64,000 nucleotides of DNA from an uncultured cyanobacterium (lineage in GTDB: Bacteria; Cyanobacteriota; Cyanobacteriia; Cyanobacteriales; Cyanobacteriaceae): the NCBI GenBank assembly GCA_963749915.1, contig CAVVOP010000008.1, positions 96,001-160,000 of the forward strand, given 5' to 3'. Position numbers and translations under genes: made by a program. Below are positions 12,453 to 24,104 of this stretch, in pieces (the stretch's first letter is position 1; every line of letters begins with the position of its first letter). Under the pieces are notes generated by a model. The model saw only the letters and a program-made list of their open reading frames with translations, was not told where the DNA came from and did not search any database.

Positions 12453-13115
12453 ATGAGTAGTTCAATCGAGCGTCAATATCTTTCTCCTAACTGTATATTA
12501 TCTTTACAAGGTTTTACCGATGATAATAATTCCGATGAGAGTCAACCAATTATGTCGGTGTTAACTCAAGCTAAATTTCAGATTATCGGTCATCCTGTGA
12601 TTTTGAGTGGCGGTTTAGTTTTTATCGAACATTTAATGAAAGCTGCTAGTGCTTACGCTCAAGAGTTATTAAGTGGTTTAACTCGTTCTTGGGAATATAC
12701 TGATGATACTAATTATATTTCTTTGAAAAAAATACCCGAAAAAAATTGTCATCTTTTACTGTGGCGGGAAAAAAAAGAGGACACTAATCATCAGTTAGAA
12801 ATTGAATTAAGTACCATACAATTTTTTGATTTATTGGAAACCATCGATCAACTTTGTGCGGATATTTATACTTTACCTCAACTAGAAGATAATCCTCAAC
12901 CTTTATCTCCTCGTTATCGTCAAGGGGATATTTCAATGGTTGAACAATCTACCCCTATGGCTTTAGGCTTTTTCGGTTTGGCTTTAGCGGCGATCGCTTT
13001 ATTTATCATCCCCAATCCCAGTACCATTAAAGATCCTAATCAAGAGCAAAGACCAACCCCAACACAAAATAATAATGGTGATCTTGTGCCCCCTTTAACA
13101 CCTCCGAGTGAATAG
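12453..13115 (+). CDS. DUF4335-like cyanobacterial protein
   Basis: RQYLSPNCILSLQG, LSTIQFFDLLETIDQ; C-terminal TM segment. Confidence 0.7.
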   Translation: MSSSIERQYLSPNCILSLQGFTDDNNSDESQPIMSVLTQAKFQIIGHPVILSGGLVFIEHLMKAASAYAQELLSGLTRSWEYTDDTNYISLKKIPEKNCHLLLWREKKEDTNHQLEIELSTIQFFDLLETIDQLCADIYTLPQLEDNPQPLSPRYRQGDISMVEQSTPMALGFFGLALAAIALFIIPNPSTIKDPNQEQRPTPTQNNNGDLVPPLTPPSE

Positions 13116-13116
13116 C

Positions 13117-13566
13117 TTACAGGAATTCACAATATTTTTTCGTAACTTCATGACGATAACGAAACATCTCCTGAAGCCGTGAATTTACCCACCAACCAAG
13201 GAAAAAATCACTTAGCCAACCTCCGGGAATTTCATACTCAATAGTATCTGTGAGCTTCGTTGCTAAACCTTGAGCCTCAAAACGATGACGATGGCACCAT
13301 GATTTCATTGGTCCTTTTATTTGTTCATCGGTAAATAGTTTATACTGATCATATTCGGTATGACGAGCTAACCAGGGAACACGGATAAAACCAAACATCA
13401 ACAAAAATTCGCTAGTTGCCCCGATATTTAAATTCCCTTGTCGGTGGACAACTTTCACGGGCTGCCAAGGGGGAGTTAGCAGTTCGAGAACATCTTGTCT
13501 TTCATGAAACTGCCAAACTTCTTCCACTGGGGCTCGAATTATACTGGAATATTGGAATTTTACCAT
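13117..13566 (-). CDS. SRPBCC / polyketide-cyclase-like protein
   Basis: APVEEVWQFH, LTPPW, FTDEQIKGP, WCHRHRF and MFRYRH. ATG at 13566. Confidence 0.85.
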   Translation of the reverse strand: MVKFQYSSIIRAPVEEVWQFHERQDVLELLTPPWQPVKVVHRQGNLNIGATSEFLLMFGFIRVPWLARHTEYDQYKLFTDEQIKGPMKSWCHRHRFEAQGLATKLTDTIEYEIPGGWLSDFFLGWWVNSRLQEMFRYRHEVTKKYCEFL

Positions 13567-13669
13567 GGAGCTTTTTGCCTTATAAAACCACAAATCACAA
13601 ATAAATAAGTTTATCGTCAACGGGTAACTTTTTTCATCTACTGAAATTCCCCAACTACAAACTTTTTAA

Positions 13670-13822
13670 TCACTCTAAATTTTCCCCAGAATAAATATTT
13701 TCCATGGGTGCAGGAGCGGCTAAATCTGTATCGATAAAACTGCGGGCCGTCACTGTCACTAAGGCAAATAAGGCGATGAGAATGGTAACTAAAGGAACGA
13801 TTTGTTGACGGATAAATTGCAT
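13670..13822 (-). CDS. Small single-TM protein (50 aa), absent from the ORF track
   Basis: Hand translation MQFIRQQIVPLVTILIALFALVTVTARSFIDTDLAAPAPMENIYSGENLE. Fills the gap between co-oriented cysK and the SRPBCC gene. Confidence 0.7.
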   Translation of the reverse strand: MQFIRQQIVPLVTILIALFALVTVTARSFIDTDLAAPAPMENIYSGENLE

Positions 13823-13858
13823 GATCAGTAAAGTTAATAAAATTGTTAATAAAAGTAT

Positions 13859-14836
13859 TTAGTCGGGAATAATTAAACCTTTGGAATTTAGCCATTCACG
13901 ATTATAAAGTCGGGATTGATAACGAGCACCACCATCACACAAAACAGTTACAATGCTATGTCCGGGCCCCATTTTTTGTGCTAAAGCAACAGCCGCCCCT
14001 ACATTTATACCTACCGAGCCGCCCATAAATAAGCCCTCTTTCCGTAGTAATTGATAAATCACCCTTAAGGCTTCTTGATCATCAATTTGAATGGCATCAT
14101 CGATGGCTACACCCTCCATATTAGCAGTAATGCGACTGTTACCAATGCCCTCAGTAATGGAGTTACCTTCTATTTTGATTTTTCCAGTTTTCACATAGCT
14201 ATATAAACCGCTACCCATTGGATCAGCCAAAACGCATTTTATGTCAGGGTTTTGATCTTTCAAAAATAAAGACACCCCCGCAAAAGTTCCTCCTGTGCCT
14301 GTGGCGGCTACCCAACCATCAATTTTGTGATCTGTTTGTTCCCAAATTTCTTTACCAGTGGTTTCATAGTGGGCTTGACGGTTTGCTAAATTATCAAATT
14401 GGTTCGCCCAGATAGCGTTATCCATCTCGGAGGCGATTCTACCCGACAGTTTAACATAGTTATTAGGATCTTTATAGGGTACAGCCGGAACCGCCCTAAC
14501 TTCGGCACCTAGGGTGCGTAAGGCCTCCATTTTTTCCTGGGATTGGGTTTCGGGTATAATGATAACACATTTATAACCTTTAGCATTGCAAATATGGGCC
14601 AAACCGATGCCCGTATTTCCTGCTGTGCCTTCTACTACCGTACCACCAGATTTCAGTAATCCTTGGGCTTCCGCTTGTTGAATGATATATAATGCGGCTC
14701 TATCTTTCACCGAACCACCGGGATTCAAAAACTCTGCTTTTCCTAAAATTTCACACCCTGTTTCTTTACTGAAGGTGTTTAAGCGAATTAAAGGGGTATT
14801 GCCAATAGTACCAACGAAGCCGTCTTTTATATCCAT
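13859..14836 (-). CDS. cysK: Cysteine synthase
   Basis: IGNTPLIRL, NPGGSVKDR (PLP Lys), GTAGNTG and GTGGT. Confidence 0.93.
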   Translation of the reverse strand: MDIKDGFVGTIGNTPLIRLNTFSKETGCEILGKAEFLNPGGSVKDRAALYIIQQAEAQGLLKSGGTVVEGTAGNTGIGLAHICNAKGYKCVIIIPETQSQEKMEALRTLGAEVRAVPAVPYKDPNNYVKLSGRIASEMDNAIWANQFDNLANRQAHYETTGKEIWEQTDHKIDGWVAATGTGGTFAGVSLFLKDQNPDIKCVLADPMGSGLYSYVKTGKIKIEGNSITEGIGNSRITANMEGVAIDDAIQIDDQEALRVIYQLLRKEGLFMGGSVGINVGAAVALAQKMGPGHSIVTVLCDGGARYQSRLYNREWLNSKGLIIPD

Positions 14837-15061
14837 TACTAAGTTTTAGTTGATTGATTCTCGTCATGTGAACTACCCACACTAAACTACAAATTATACC
14901 ATGAATCCCTACCGCAATCCAGGATACAATTCAATTAACTGCTAGGTTTTTTTCTCTCCAGATGACTTGGTGAAATCATGTCTGAGATCATGTTTAGTTT
15001 ATTAGCAAACTCTGGATTTATTTATGATTAAAAAGACTACTATCGAATAATTTCGTAAGAT

Positions 15062-15565
15062 ATGACTTTTCAACAACTATTTATTTTATTTAATGATTAT
15101 AAGCCAGTTGTTCTGCTAATTATTTTGTCAGCCCCTTGGTTGGCGTTGTCCATTTGCATTGCTATACCAGGCCAGAGGGAAGAACCCTTTGTTTTAAGTT
15201 TTAATTTAGGAATGTCCATAATCTGTTTATTGATGACATTGGGGTATTTGTTGTATGCAACCAATAATGGTGGTTGGACTAGAGTTATTCAAGAAGCAGA
15301 CATTCTACTTCTACTTGCCCCCTGCTACTATGTCAGTGTTTCAGTTTGGGTGACTAAACTACGTTTACCATTGAGTCAAATACCTCTTATTCGTGCCATT
15401 CAAGGTTTGGCGTTAATCGGTGCGGGATACTTGGGAGTAGCATGGTTTGTCAGTAAGATACGTATTTTGGCATTGACTTTTGTCCCATATCAAGTCTGGG
15501 CTCTATTCATTTTAGGTCTATTATCCATCGGCTATCTTGGCTACTTGCGATTAACTAAAAAATGA
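15062..15565 (+). CDS. Hypothetical multi-pass membrane protein
   Basis: 167-aa ORF with about 5 hydrophobic segments. Confidence 0.7.
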   Translation: MTFQQLFILFNDYKPVVLLIILSAPWLALSICIAIPGQREEPFVLSFNLGMSIICLLMTLGYLLYATNNGGWTRVIQEADILLLLAPCYYVSVSVWVTKLRLPLSQIPLIRAIQGLALIGAGYLGVAWFVSKIRILALTFVPYQVWALFILGLLSIGYLGYLRLTKK

Positions 15566-15597
15566 AATTCCCATAGCGATCGCCCCTGAAAATCAGC

Positions 15598-16266
15598 TTA
15601 GCTAAGAAGCAAAGCAAATAAACCACACATGGCAATACCATCAAACACCCCAGCACCCCCTATACTAAGAACTCCAGGGCTCATACGCTCGATTTCCCCA
15701 AGATGCAACAGATCTGCACCAATCAATGTTCCCAGAATTCCCCCGGCAAAAGCCACCGAGGGAGCTTGCTGTTGGGCAATGAGAATGGCACTCAGAGAAG
15801 CCGTTAGCGGTGCAATCAGGGCGTTCATTTGAATGCCAATCCCCGGAACTATGTGAGCAGAATAGTAACTGACAACTGTAACAATGGCAGTGACCCAGAA
15901 AATGGCAATCAGGTTGGAGCGAGTTAGTTCGTAAAATGCGAGCAATACGGGAATTAACCCGCCACCGACATTGAGTGCCACAATGGTTTTCTGTCTGATT
16001 TTCTGGAGAGGAATGCCCCAAAATTGCCTCAACCATATATCCATTAAATCGGGGACAATAATTACGGTTGATTCGACTTGGTAAAGGGGAATATTAATTA
16101 GGCTACCTAACAATACGGCGGCTAAGAGAAGAAAAGCCAGATTAGGAGAAAAACCGAGCTTGGCAACTGCTATTTCTACCACGTCGAGGGTAACTGTCAC
16201 CCAAATAAAAGGAAATAGTAGCAGAAATAATAAAAACAGAAAGAGGGATACGGGCAGGTAAATCAT
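15598..16266 (-). CDS. DUF1614 family membrane protein
   Basis: GSLINIP, ALNVGGGLIP, GTLIGADLL and SIGGAGVFDGI. Confidence 0.88.
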   Translation of the reverse strand: MIYLPVSLFLFLLFLLLFPFIWVTVTLDVVEIAVAKLGFSPNLAFLLLAAVLLGSLINIPLYQVESTVIIVPDLMDIWLRQFWGIPLQKIRQKTIVALNVGGGLIPVLLAFYELTRSNLIAIFWVTAIVTVVSYYSAHIVPGIGIQMNALIAPLTASLSAILIAQQQAPSVAFAGGILGTLIGADLLHLGEIERMSPGVLSIGGAGVFDGIAMCGLFALLLS

Positions 16267-16390
16267 TTAGATAGGGCTTGCCGGGTAAGTTTATGCTGAT
16301 TGTATCATCAAAACTAGATGAGATCAAAGCTAACCCAAACTCTGTTTAATTAACCGAAATAAAGTTAGTAGTAATGGCTGACATGTAAAC

Positions 16391-18358
<1,968 letters not shown>

Positions 18359-18577
18359 TTAAGGCTATTTTTCCCTGAATGATATTTTTACCAAAAATTA
18401 TAACACATAAGAGAATATCACAATTTAAACCTTCATTCCAGTCTTGTTTTTGAAAAGGGGGTACTCTAATCATTTTTGGCTTTTTAGGTTATCTTTCTCT
18501 GTCTGAAATTATTATGTGGGTTTTGACAACCGGATTTAGTATTATGGATAGGTAGGTCAACACAAAAATTTTTAGCA

Positions 18578-19738
18578 ATGTTGGAAATTCCATTGTCATC
18601 AGGAGAAATTATTACGAATAAAAATCAAAAAAGTAGTAATAATTATCTTAAACAACTTACTTCGATCGCTATTATTTTAGCCTCTTTAGGTATAACTTAT
18701 TTACCTATGATTTTTGGTATTAAAAGTACCATTACTATTGTTAGCGGTTCCGAATTAAAAGAAGTATTAGAAACTATAGAAAAAAAATTTGAAAAAGAAA
18801 ATGCTAATGTTAATTTACAATTAATAGTTCAAGGTTCCCAAGATATTGTTACTAATTTTATTGACGAGAAAAATGACTTTAAATCTACTATTTTGATTCC
18901 TGCTAATAGTGAGTTAATTACAGAATTAGAAACTAAATTAAAAGCACAAGGAGAAACCGATATTTTTTACGACAATCCCACAGCGATCGCAAAGACGTTA
19001 TTAGTGGGCATTGCCTGGGAAGAAAGAGGAAAAGTTTTATTCCCCGATAATAAATTTAATTGGCAAAAATTAGAAACCGCTTTAAGGACAAAAAATTGGG
19101 ACAAATTGGGAGGTAAAAAAGAATGGGGCAGTTTTGATTTTATCACCACAGATCCCACTCGTTCAAATAGTGGACAATTAACCCTTAGTTTATGGGCAAA
19201 AAACCAATTAAATAAAAATAATTTAACAGTTAGTGATATTAACAAGCCAGAAATTGAACAACTATTTAAACTTATAAAAAACTCTATTTATCAACCTCCA
19301 AGATCAACTGATATCTTACTACAAGAATTTATTGCTAGGGGGGTCAATGATGCCGATGTCGCCACGGTTTATGAAAGTATCGCTTTATATCGTTGGTTAC
19401 AGGCAAAGGAAAATCAGAAACAAGGTTATAAAATTTATTATCCTAATCCTACCATTGAAACAACAATTATGGCGGCGATCGTTAAAAAAAATGTTAGTCA
19501 GTCGGAAGCCAAATCTGCTAGAAAATTTATAGACTTTTTGACAAAAAATGAACAACAAATAATTTTCGCTGAATATGGTTTTCGCCCCATCATTAATTTA
19601 GACTTAAACTCTTTACTAAATACCCCTTGGAGTCAAAATATTCCGGGAGTACAAATTAACTCACCTATTAATATTAATTCTAGCCCCAATTCAGAGATTA
19701 TCAGTGAGATTCAAAAAGTATGGTATCGTGCCAATTAA
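18578..19738 (+). CDS. Extracellular solute-binding protein (VWA-associated type)
   Basis: TM anchor, VSGSEL, TDPTRSNSG, VYES and GFRP. Confidence 0.78.
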   Translation: MLEIPLSSGEIITNKNQKSSNNYLKQLTSIAIILASLGITYLPMIFGIKSTITIVSGSELKEVLETIEKKFEKENANVNLQLIVQGSQDIVTNFIDEKNDFKSTILIPANSELITELETKLKAQGETDIFYDNPTAIAKTLLVGIAWEERGKVLFPDNKFNWQKLETALRTKNWDKLGGKKEWGSFDFITTDPTRSNSGQLTLSLWAKNQLNKNNLTVSDINKPEIEQLFKLIKNSIYQPPRSTDILLQEFIARGVNDADVATVYESIALYRWLQAKENQKQGYKIYYPNPTIETTIMAAIVKKNVSQSEAKSARKFIDFLTKNEQQIIFAEYGFRPIINLDLNSLLNTPWSQNIPGVQINSPININSSPNSEIISEIQKVWYRAN

Positions 19739-19767
19739 ATAAGGTATATTCTTTTTAGACAAAAAAT

Positions 19768-21099
19768 ATGAGTTTTGGCAACACAAAATTGATGATAAAT
19801 AATAATAATTATTGGCTAAAAAATGCTCATATTCCCACTTGTTTAATGGCAAATAACCACTTTATTCCGCAAACAAGAGAAAATTTGTCTTCATGTGATT
19901 TGCAAATTCAAGGGGGAAAAATAACTCAAATAATCCCCGCTTCTATGGATACCGTCGGCATTGATTTGCAAAAAGGAATTGTTTTGCCTTGTTTTGTCGA
20001 TATACATACCCATCTTGATAAAGGACATATTTTTGAAAGATCGCCAAACTTACAGGGGAATTTCAAGACGGCATTAGAAACGGTAAAAGAAGATGCAATT
20101 CTTTGGAATGAAGAGGATTTATCTAAGCGCATGGAATTTGCCTTGAAATGTAGTTACGCTCATGGTACGATCGCCATTAGGACACATTTAGATTGTCATG
20201 AAAATCAAGGCGATATTAGTTTCAAAGTCTGGCAACAATTACAACGGCAATGGCAAGATAAAATTACCCTACAAGCAGTTTCCTTAGTCAGTTTAGATTA
20301 TTTTCTCACGGAGGACGGAGTGAAATTGGCCAATAAAATAGCCGAAGTTGGCGGAGTTTTAGGGGGGGTTGCTTACACAAATCCCGATTTAGAAATTCAG
20401 TTAGAAAAGGTTTTTCAACTAGCAAAAGAAAGAAATTTAGATTTAGATTTCCATGCTGACGAAAATGGTGAAATCGACTCTATTTGTCTACAAAAAATCG
20501 CTGAAACCGCGCTTAAAACTAATTTTACTGGTGACATTCTTTGCGGTCATTGTTGTAGCTTATCTGTACAACCTCAAGGAGTAGTACAAAATATAATTAA
20601 CCTAGTGAAAGAGGCGAATATTAATATTGTTAGTTTGCCCATGTGTAATTTATATTTGCAGGATAGACAAGAAAATATAACTCCTTTTTGGCGGGGTGTC
20701 ACAAGGGTAAAAGAGTTAAAACAGGCAGGAGTAAAAATTGCTTTTGCTAATGATAATTGTCGTGATCCTTTTTTCGGTTTTGGGGATCATGATATGTTAG
20801 AGGTGTTTAACCAATCGGTAAGAATTGCACATTTAGACACTCCTTACAGCGATTGGATTACCTCTGTTTCTAAAATCCCTGCTGATTTAATGAAATTACC
20901 AAAACTGGGGCAAATAGGGGTAAATTTATCGGCTAATTTAGTGGTATTTAAAGCTCGTTATTTTAGTGAACTATTATCTCGAAACCAAGGCAATCGCCTT
21001 GTTATTAGAGATGGTAAAATAATTAAAAATAAGTTACCCGATTATCAAGAATTAGATGACTTAAATAACTCTTCTACAATACAAGGTAAGCTCATCTAA
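19768..21099 (+). CDS. codA: Cytosine deaminase (amidohydrolase)
   Basis: HTHLDKGH, DFHADE, GHCCSL and DNCRDPF. Confidence 0.9.
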   Translation: MSFGNTKLMINNNNYWLKNAHIPTCLMANNHFIPQTRENLSSCDLQIQGGKITQIIPASMDTVGIDLQKGIVLPCFVDIHTHLDKGHIFERSPNLQGNFKTALETVKEDAILWNEEDLSKRMEFALKCSYAHGTIAIRTHLDCHENQGDISFKVWQQLQRQWQDKITLQAVSLVSLDYFLTEDGVKLANKIAEVGGVLGGVAYTNPDLEIQLEKVFQLAKERNLDLDFHADENGEIDSICLQKIAETALKTNFTGDILCGHCCSLSVQPQGVVQNIINLVKEANINIVSLPMCNLYLQDRQENITPFWRGVTRVKELKQAGVKIAFANDNCRDPFFGFGDHDMLEVFNQSVRIAHLDTPYSDWITSVSKIPADLMKLPKLGQIGVNLSANLVVFKARYFSELLSRNQGNRLVIRDGKIIKNKLPDYQELDDLNNSSTIQGKLI

Positions 21100-21135
21100 T
21101 CTCACCTGTCTGTGACATGCTCCCGACTCTGATGC

Positions 21136-21557
21136 TTACGCATACAGAGCGGGCTTCTCATCGACTCCAGCTATTGCTTCGGACGTTAGATGAGCTTTAA
21201 GAACGGAATGCCCTACCGCTGTGTATTTGATGTTTCTAGCTGCGTTGTGGTCACGGTCAAGAGAACATCCGCAATTTGACTGATTCGAGACTTTCAGATG
21301 TACCTTAGGGACTCGTTTGATCGCTTTCTTGCGACGATTTGAGCCTTTCTTTTTGCGTGACAGTGAACGCTGTAACCGCTTCAGTCGTTTCTCTGATTTG
21401 CGGTAGTGATGTGGGATTGCTACCTCTTTTCCGGAATCATCTACCAGAAATGATTTCAGCCCCATATCAATGCCGATCGTGTTTTCCCTCCTTGGAGCCT
21501 CAGGGGTGAGAACAGGTACACAGGCATCTTCAAGGCTTAAGGTCACATACCATCCGT
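21136..21557 (-). pseudogene. tnpB: TnpB remnant
   Basis: IGIDMGL (RuvC-I), LQRSLSRKKKGSNRRKKA, then a jump to CGCSLDRDHNAARNI. RuvC-II and most of the Zn finger are deleted. Confidence 0.88.
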
Positions 21558-21559
21558 CA

Positions 21560-21784
21560 ATTCATTTGCTGTTTCAGTACTACCCACAAATGGACTTATC
21601 CAAATTCGTCAATAACATCAAATCTGTATCTAGCCGTCGAATTAGAAGTGAGTTCGCCGATCATCTCAACAGCATTTATGGGAAAGATGTGCTTTGGAAT
21701 GAGTTGTATTTCATTGCCTCCTGTGGCGGTGTTACCGTCTCAGTTTTGCGTCAGTACATTGAAAATCAGAACCTGCCTGACTAG
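21560..21784 (+). pseudogene. tnpA: IS200-type TnpA (Y1) C-terminal remnant
   Basis: IHLL, KSVSSR, LWNELYFIASCGG and YIENQ. The N-terminus is missing. Confidence 0.85.
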
Positions 21785-21789
21785 CGATA

Positions 21790-21990
21790 TGAGACAAGAC
21801 AAGGAAGGAACGAAGGACAGCAGACAAGGGAGATAGTACAAACGAAGAATGGTCTTTTCAGGCATTTCTGTATTATTTGTAACAAAGTGTTTCTTAAACG
21901 ATTCCCCTCTTCCTTGTCCACTTTCCACCCTTGTCCCCGCAAGTCTTCACCCTCATCAGAATGTTTTTGTAAAAAACCTACACCTGTGAG
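21790..21990. mobile_element. Left-truncated copy of the MITE at 49041-49269
   Basis: Shares GAGACAAGACAAGGAAGGAACGAAGGACAGCAGACAAGG, CTTCCTTGTCCACTTTCCACCCTTGTCC and the right end AAAAAACCTACACCTGTGAG. Confidence 0.85.
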
Positions 21991-22014
21991 GGCTTCCCGG
22001 CTAGGAGCTAAAAA

Positions 22015-23181
22015 CTAAAGTGATTTGATAAAATTACCTAGTCTAGTCATGCCTTTTTCGATGGAATCCATGTCAGTAGCATAGGATAGACGGATACAGT
22101 TATCATCACCGAAGGCAATTCCAGGAATAACGGCGACTTTTTCTTGGGTAAGTAATTTTTCGCAAAATTCAAGGGATTTTAAGCCGGTTTTACTAATATC
22201 AGTGAATAGATAAAAAGCTCCGAAAGGTAAAGGAGCGCTGACATTGGGGATAGATTCAGCGGCAGCAAACATGACTTTTCTTCTTTGGGTAAAGGATGCT
22301 AACATTTCCGCTACACAGTCCTGGGAGGATTCCAAAGCGGCGATCGCACCATATTGAGCAAAGGTACACACATTAGAAGTACTGTGACCTTGAACCTTGG
22401 TCATAGCTTTGATAATATCAACATCACCGGCAATATAACCCACGCGCCACCCTGTCATGGAATAAGCCTTGGCAAAACCGTTACTAACAATGGTGCGTTT
22501 AAAAATCTCCTCATCTACCGCACCAATACTTAAATGAGTTGCACCATCATAAAGAATTTTTTCGTAAATTTCGTCAGAAACCACCAGGATATCATGGTCG
22601 ACAACTACTTGAGCCAAAGCCTTAATCTCATCAGGATTATAGACTGAACCAGTGGGGTTAGAAGGAGAATTAAGGACAAATAACTTAGTTTTGGGGGTAA
22701 TCGCCTGTTTTAACTGCTCTGGGGTGATTTTATAGTCATTTTCGGCGGTAGTGGCCACAATAACGGATTTTCCTCCGGCCAAAGTTACCATCTCAGGATA
22801 ACTTAGCCAATAGGGTGCGGGAATAATTACCTCGTCATCGGTTTCGATGAGGGCCATCATGAGATTATATAGAGAATGTTTACCACCGTTAGTAACGATG
22901 ACATTTTCTGCCTTGTACTCCAAATTATTATCTTTTTTCAGCTTATTGGCGATCGCTTGACGCAATTGTATTTCACCCGCCGCTGCCCCATATTTAGTTT
23001 TACCTTGATCTAAGGCTTGTTTCGCCGCTAATTTGATATGATCGGGAGTATCAAAATCGGGTTCACCGGCACTAAAACTACAAACGTCTAACCCTTCCCC
23101 TCTCATCGCTTTGGCCTTAGCTGTGATCGTGAGAGTAAGAGAGGGCTTAACTTGAGATATTCTACTCGCTAATTTATTCAT
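22015..23181 (-). CDS. aspC: Aspartate aminotransferase (class I/II PLP)
   Basis: [21 protein letters not shown] and [11 protein letters not shown]. Confidence 0.9.
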   Translation of the reverse strand: MNKLASRISQVKPSLTLTITAKAKAMRGEGLDVCSFSAGEPDFDTPDHIKLAAKQALDQGKTKYGAAAGEIQLRQAIANKLKKDNNLEYKAENVIVTNGGKHSLYNLMMALIETDDEVIIPAPYWLSYPEMVTLAGGKSVIVATTAENDYKITPEQLKQAITPKTKLFVLNSPSNPTGSVYNPDEIKALAQVVVDHDILVVSDEIYEKILYDGATHLSIGAVDEEIFKRTIVSNGFAKAYSMTGWRVGYIAGDVDIIKAMTKVQGHSTSNVCTFAQYGAIAALESSQDCVAEMLASFTQRRKVMFAAAESIPNVSAPLPFGAFYLFTDISKTGLKSLEFCEKLLTQEKVAVIPGIAFGDDNCIRLSYATDMDSIEKGMTRLGNFIKSL

Positions 23182-23388
23182 TGTTGCTTAACTTAATTGA
23201 GGATAAATATTTTAATAGTGACTTCCATAGTAAATAGTAATTATCGAATTAAGATCCGTAAAAAAAATCACCCTTCTTGATCATAATTTCAGACATGGTT
23301 AATTTTGCCATCAGAAAAAACAGACATGATAAGCTAATATTATCTTTTATGAGTTTGGGTGATATTTCAACTTATCTTTTGAGAATCT

Positions 23389-23991
23389 CTAAATATTCGA
23401 AATTCCCTCCTTACAGATTCCCTCTTTAAAGGTATATTTTAAAGCTAGATGATCAACGGTGGCACAAAGAAGATTCGCCTGAGATAAATTTGTGCCTTGT
23501 AAAATAGCACCTGTTAAATTGGCTTCTTCTAAATCAGCTTGAGATAAATCAGCACCACTTAAATTAGAGTGACTTAAATCGGCTTTTTGTAAACAAGAAC
23601 CCACTAAATTAACACCTCGTAAATCTGCACCCCGTAAGTCAGCTTCACACAAATCTAAATTACTCAAAATTGCCCCGGCTAAAAAACTACCGGCTAAACT
23701 AATATTTTCCACTTGTGCCGATAATAAAATTGCCCCCCGTAAATCTGCCCCTCGTAAATCTGCCCCTCGTAAATCTGCCCCTGTTAAATCCGCACCCCTT
23801 AAATTACAACGCAATATTGCACCCTGTAAATTTGCACCGGAAAAATTTATCCCCATTAATGTACTACTTGAAAAATCAGCTTTTGGTAAATTTGCACCAG
23901 AAAGATCACATCCGCTTAAGTTTATACCTTGCAAATCTTGAATACTGCCGTTGCGAATTTGGGACAAATCATGGATTAATAAGTTAGTCAT
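23389..23991 (-). CDS. Pentapeptide repeat protein
   Basis: A(D/N)LxG repeats throughout. Confidence 0.92.
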   Translation of the reverse strand: MTNLLIHDLSQIRNGSIQDLQGINLSGCDLSGANLPKADFSSSTLMGINFSGANLQGAILRCNLRGADLTGADLRGADLRGADLRGAILLSAQVENISLAGSFLAGAILSNLDLCEADLRGADLRGVNLVGSCLQKADLSHSNLSGADLSQADLEEANLTGAILQGTNLSQANLLCATVDHLALKYTFKEGICKEGISNI

Positions 23992-24104
23992 AATGGTTAT
24001 AAATATTAATTAATATAATTTTCTAATATTAATCATAATTATAAATTAATTAGGGTTTCCGTCAAATAGATAGTAAGTTGTAAAGCAGCGTATGCTCAAT
24101 TAAA

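Larger units (their letters stand above)
21112..21785. mobile_element. Internally deleted IS200/IS605 element (3' tnpB remnant back-to-back with 3' tnpA remnant)
   Basis: tnpB motifs on minus and tnpA motifs on plus, with both 5' halves missing. Right-end hairpin region ending TCAC at about 21112. Confidence 0.85.

Noticed and set aside
13638..13895. 85-aa ORF from the track
   Set aside because: It overlaps cysK and looks non-coding; the 50-aa ORF in another frame is more plausible.
14866..14890. GTGAACTACCCACAC resembling an IS200/IS605-type end
   Set aside because: Too short, with no associated transposase or second end.
21648..21928. 62-aa ORFs here and the similar ORFs at 48904-49492
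   Set aside because: They are translations of the MITE sequence, not genes.
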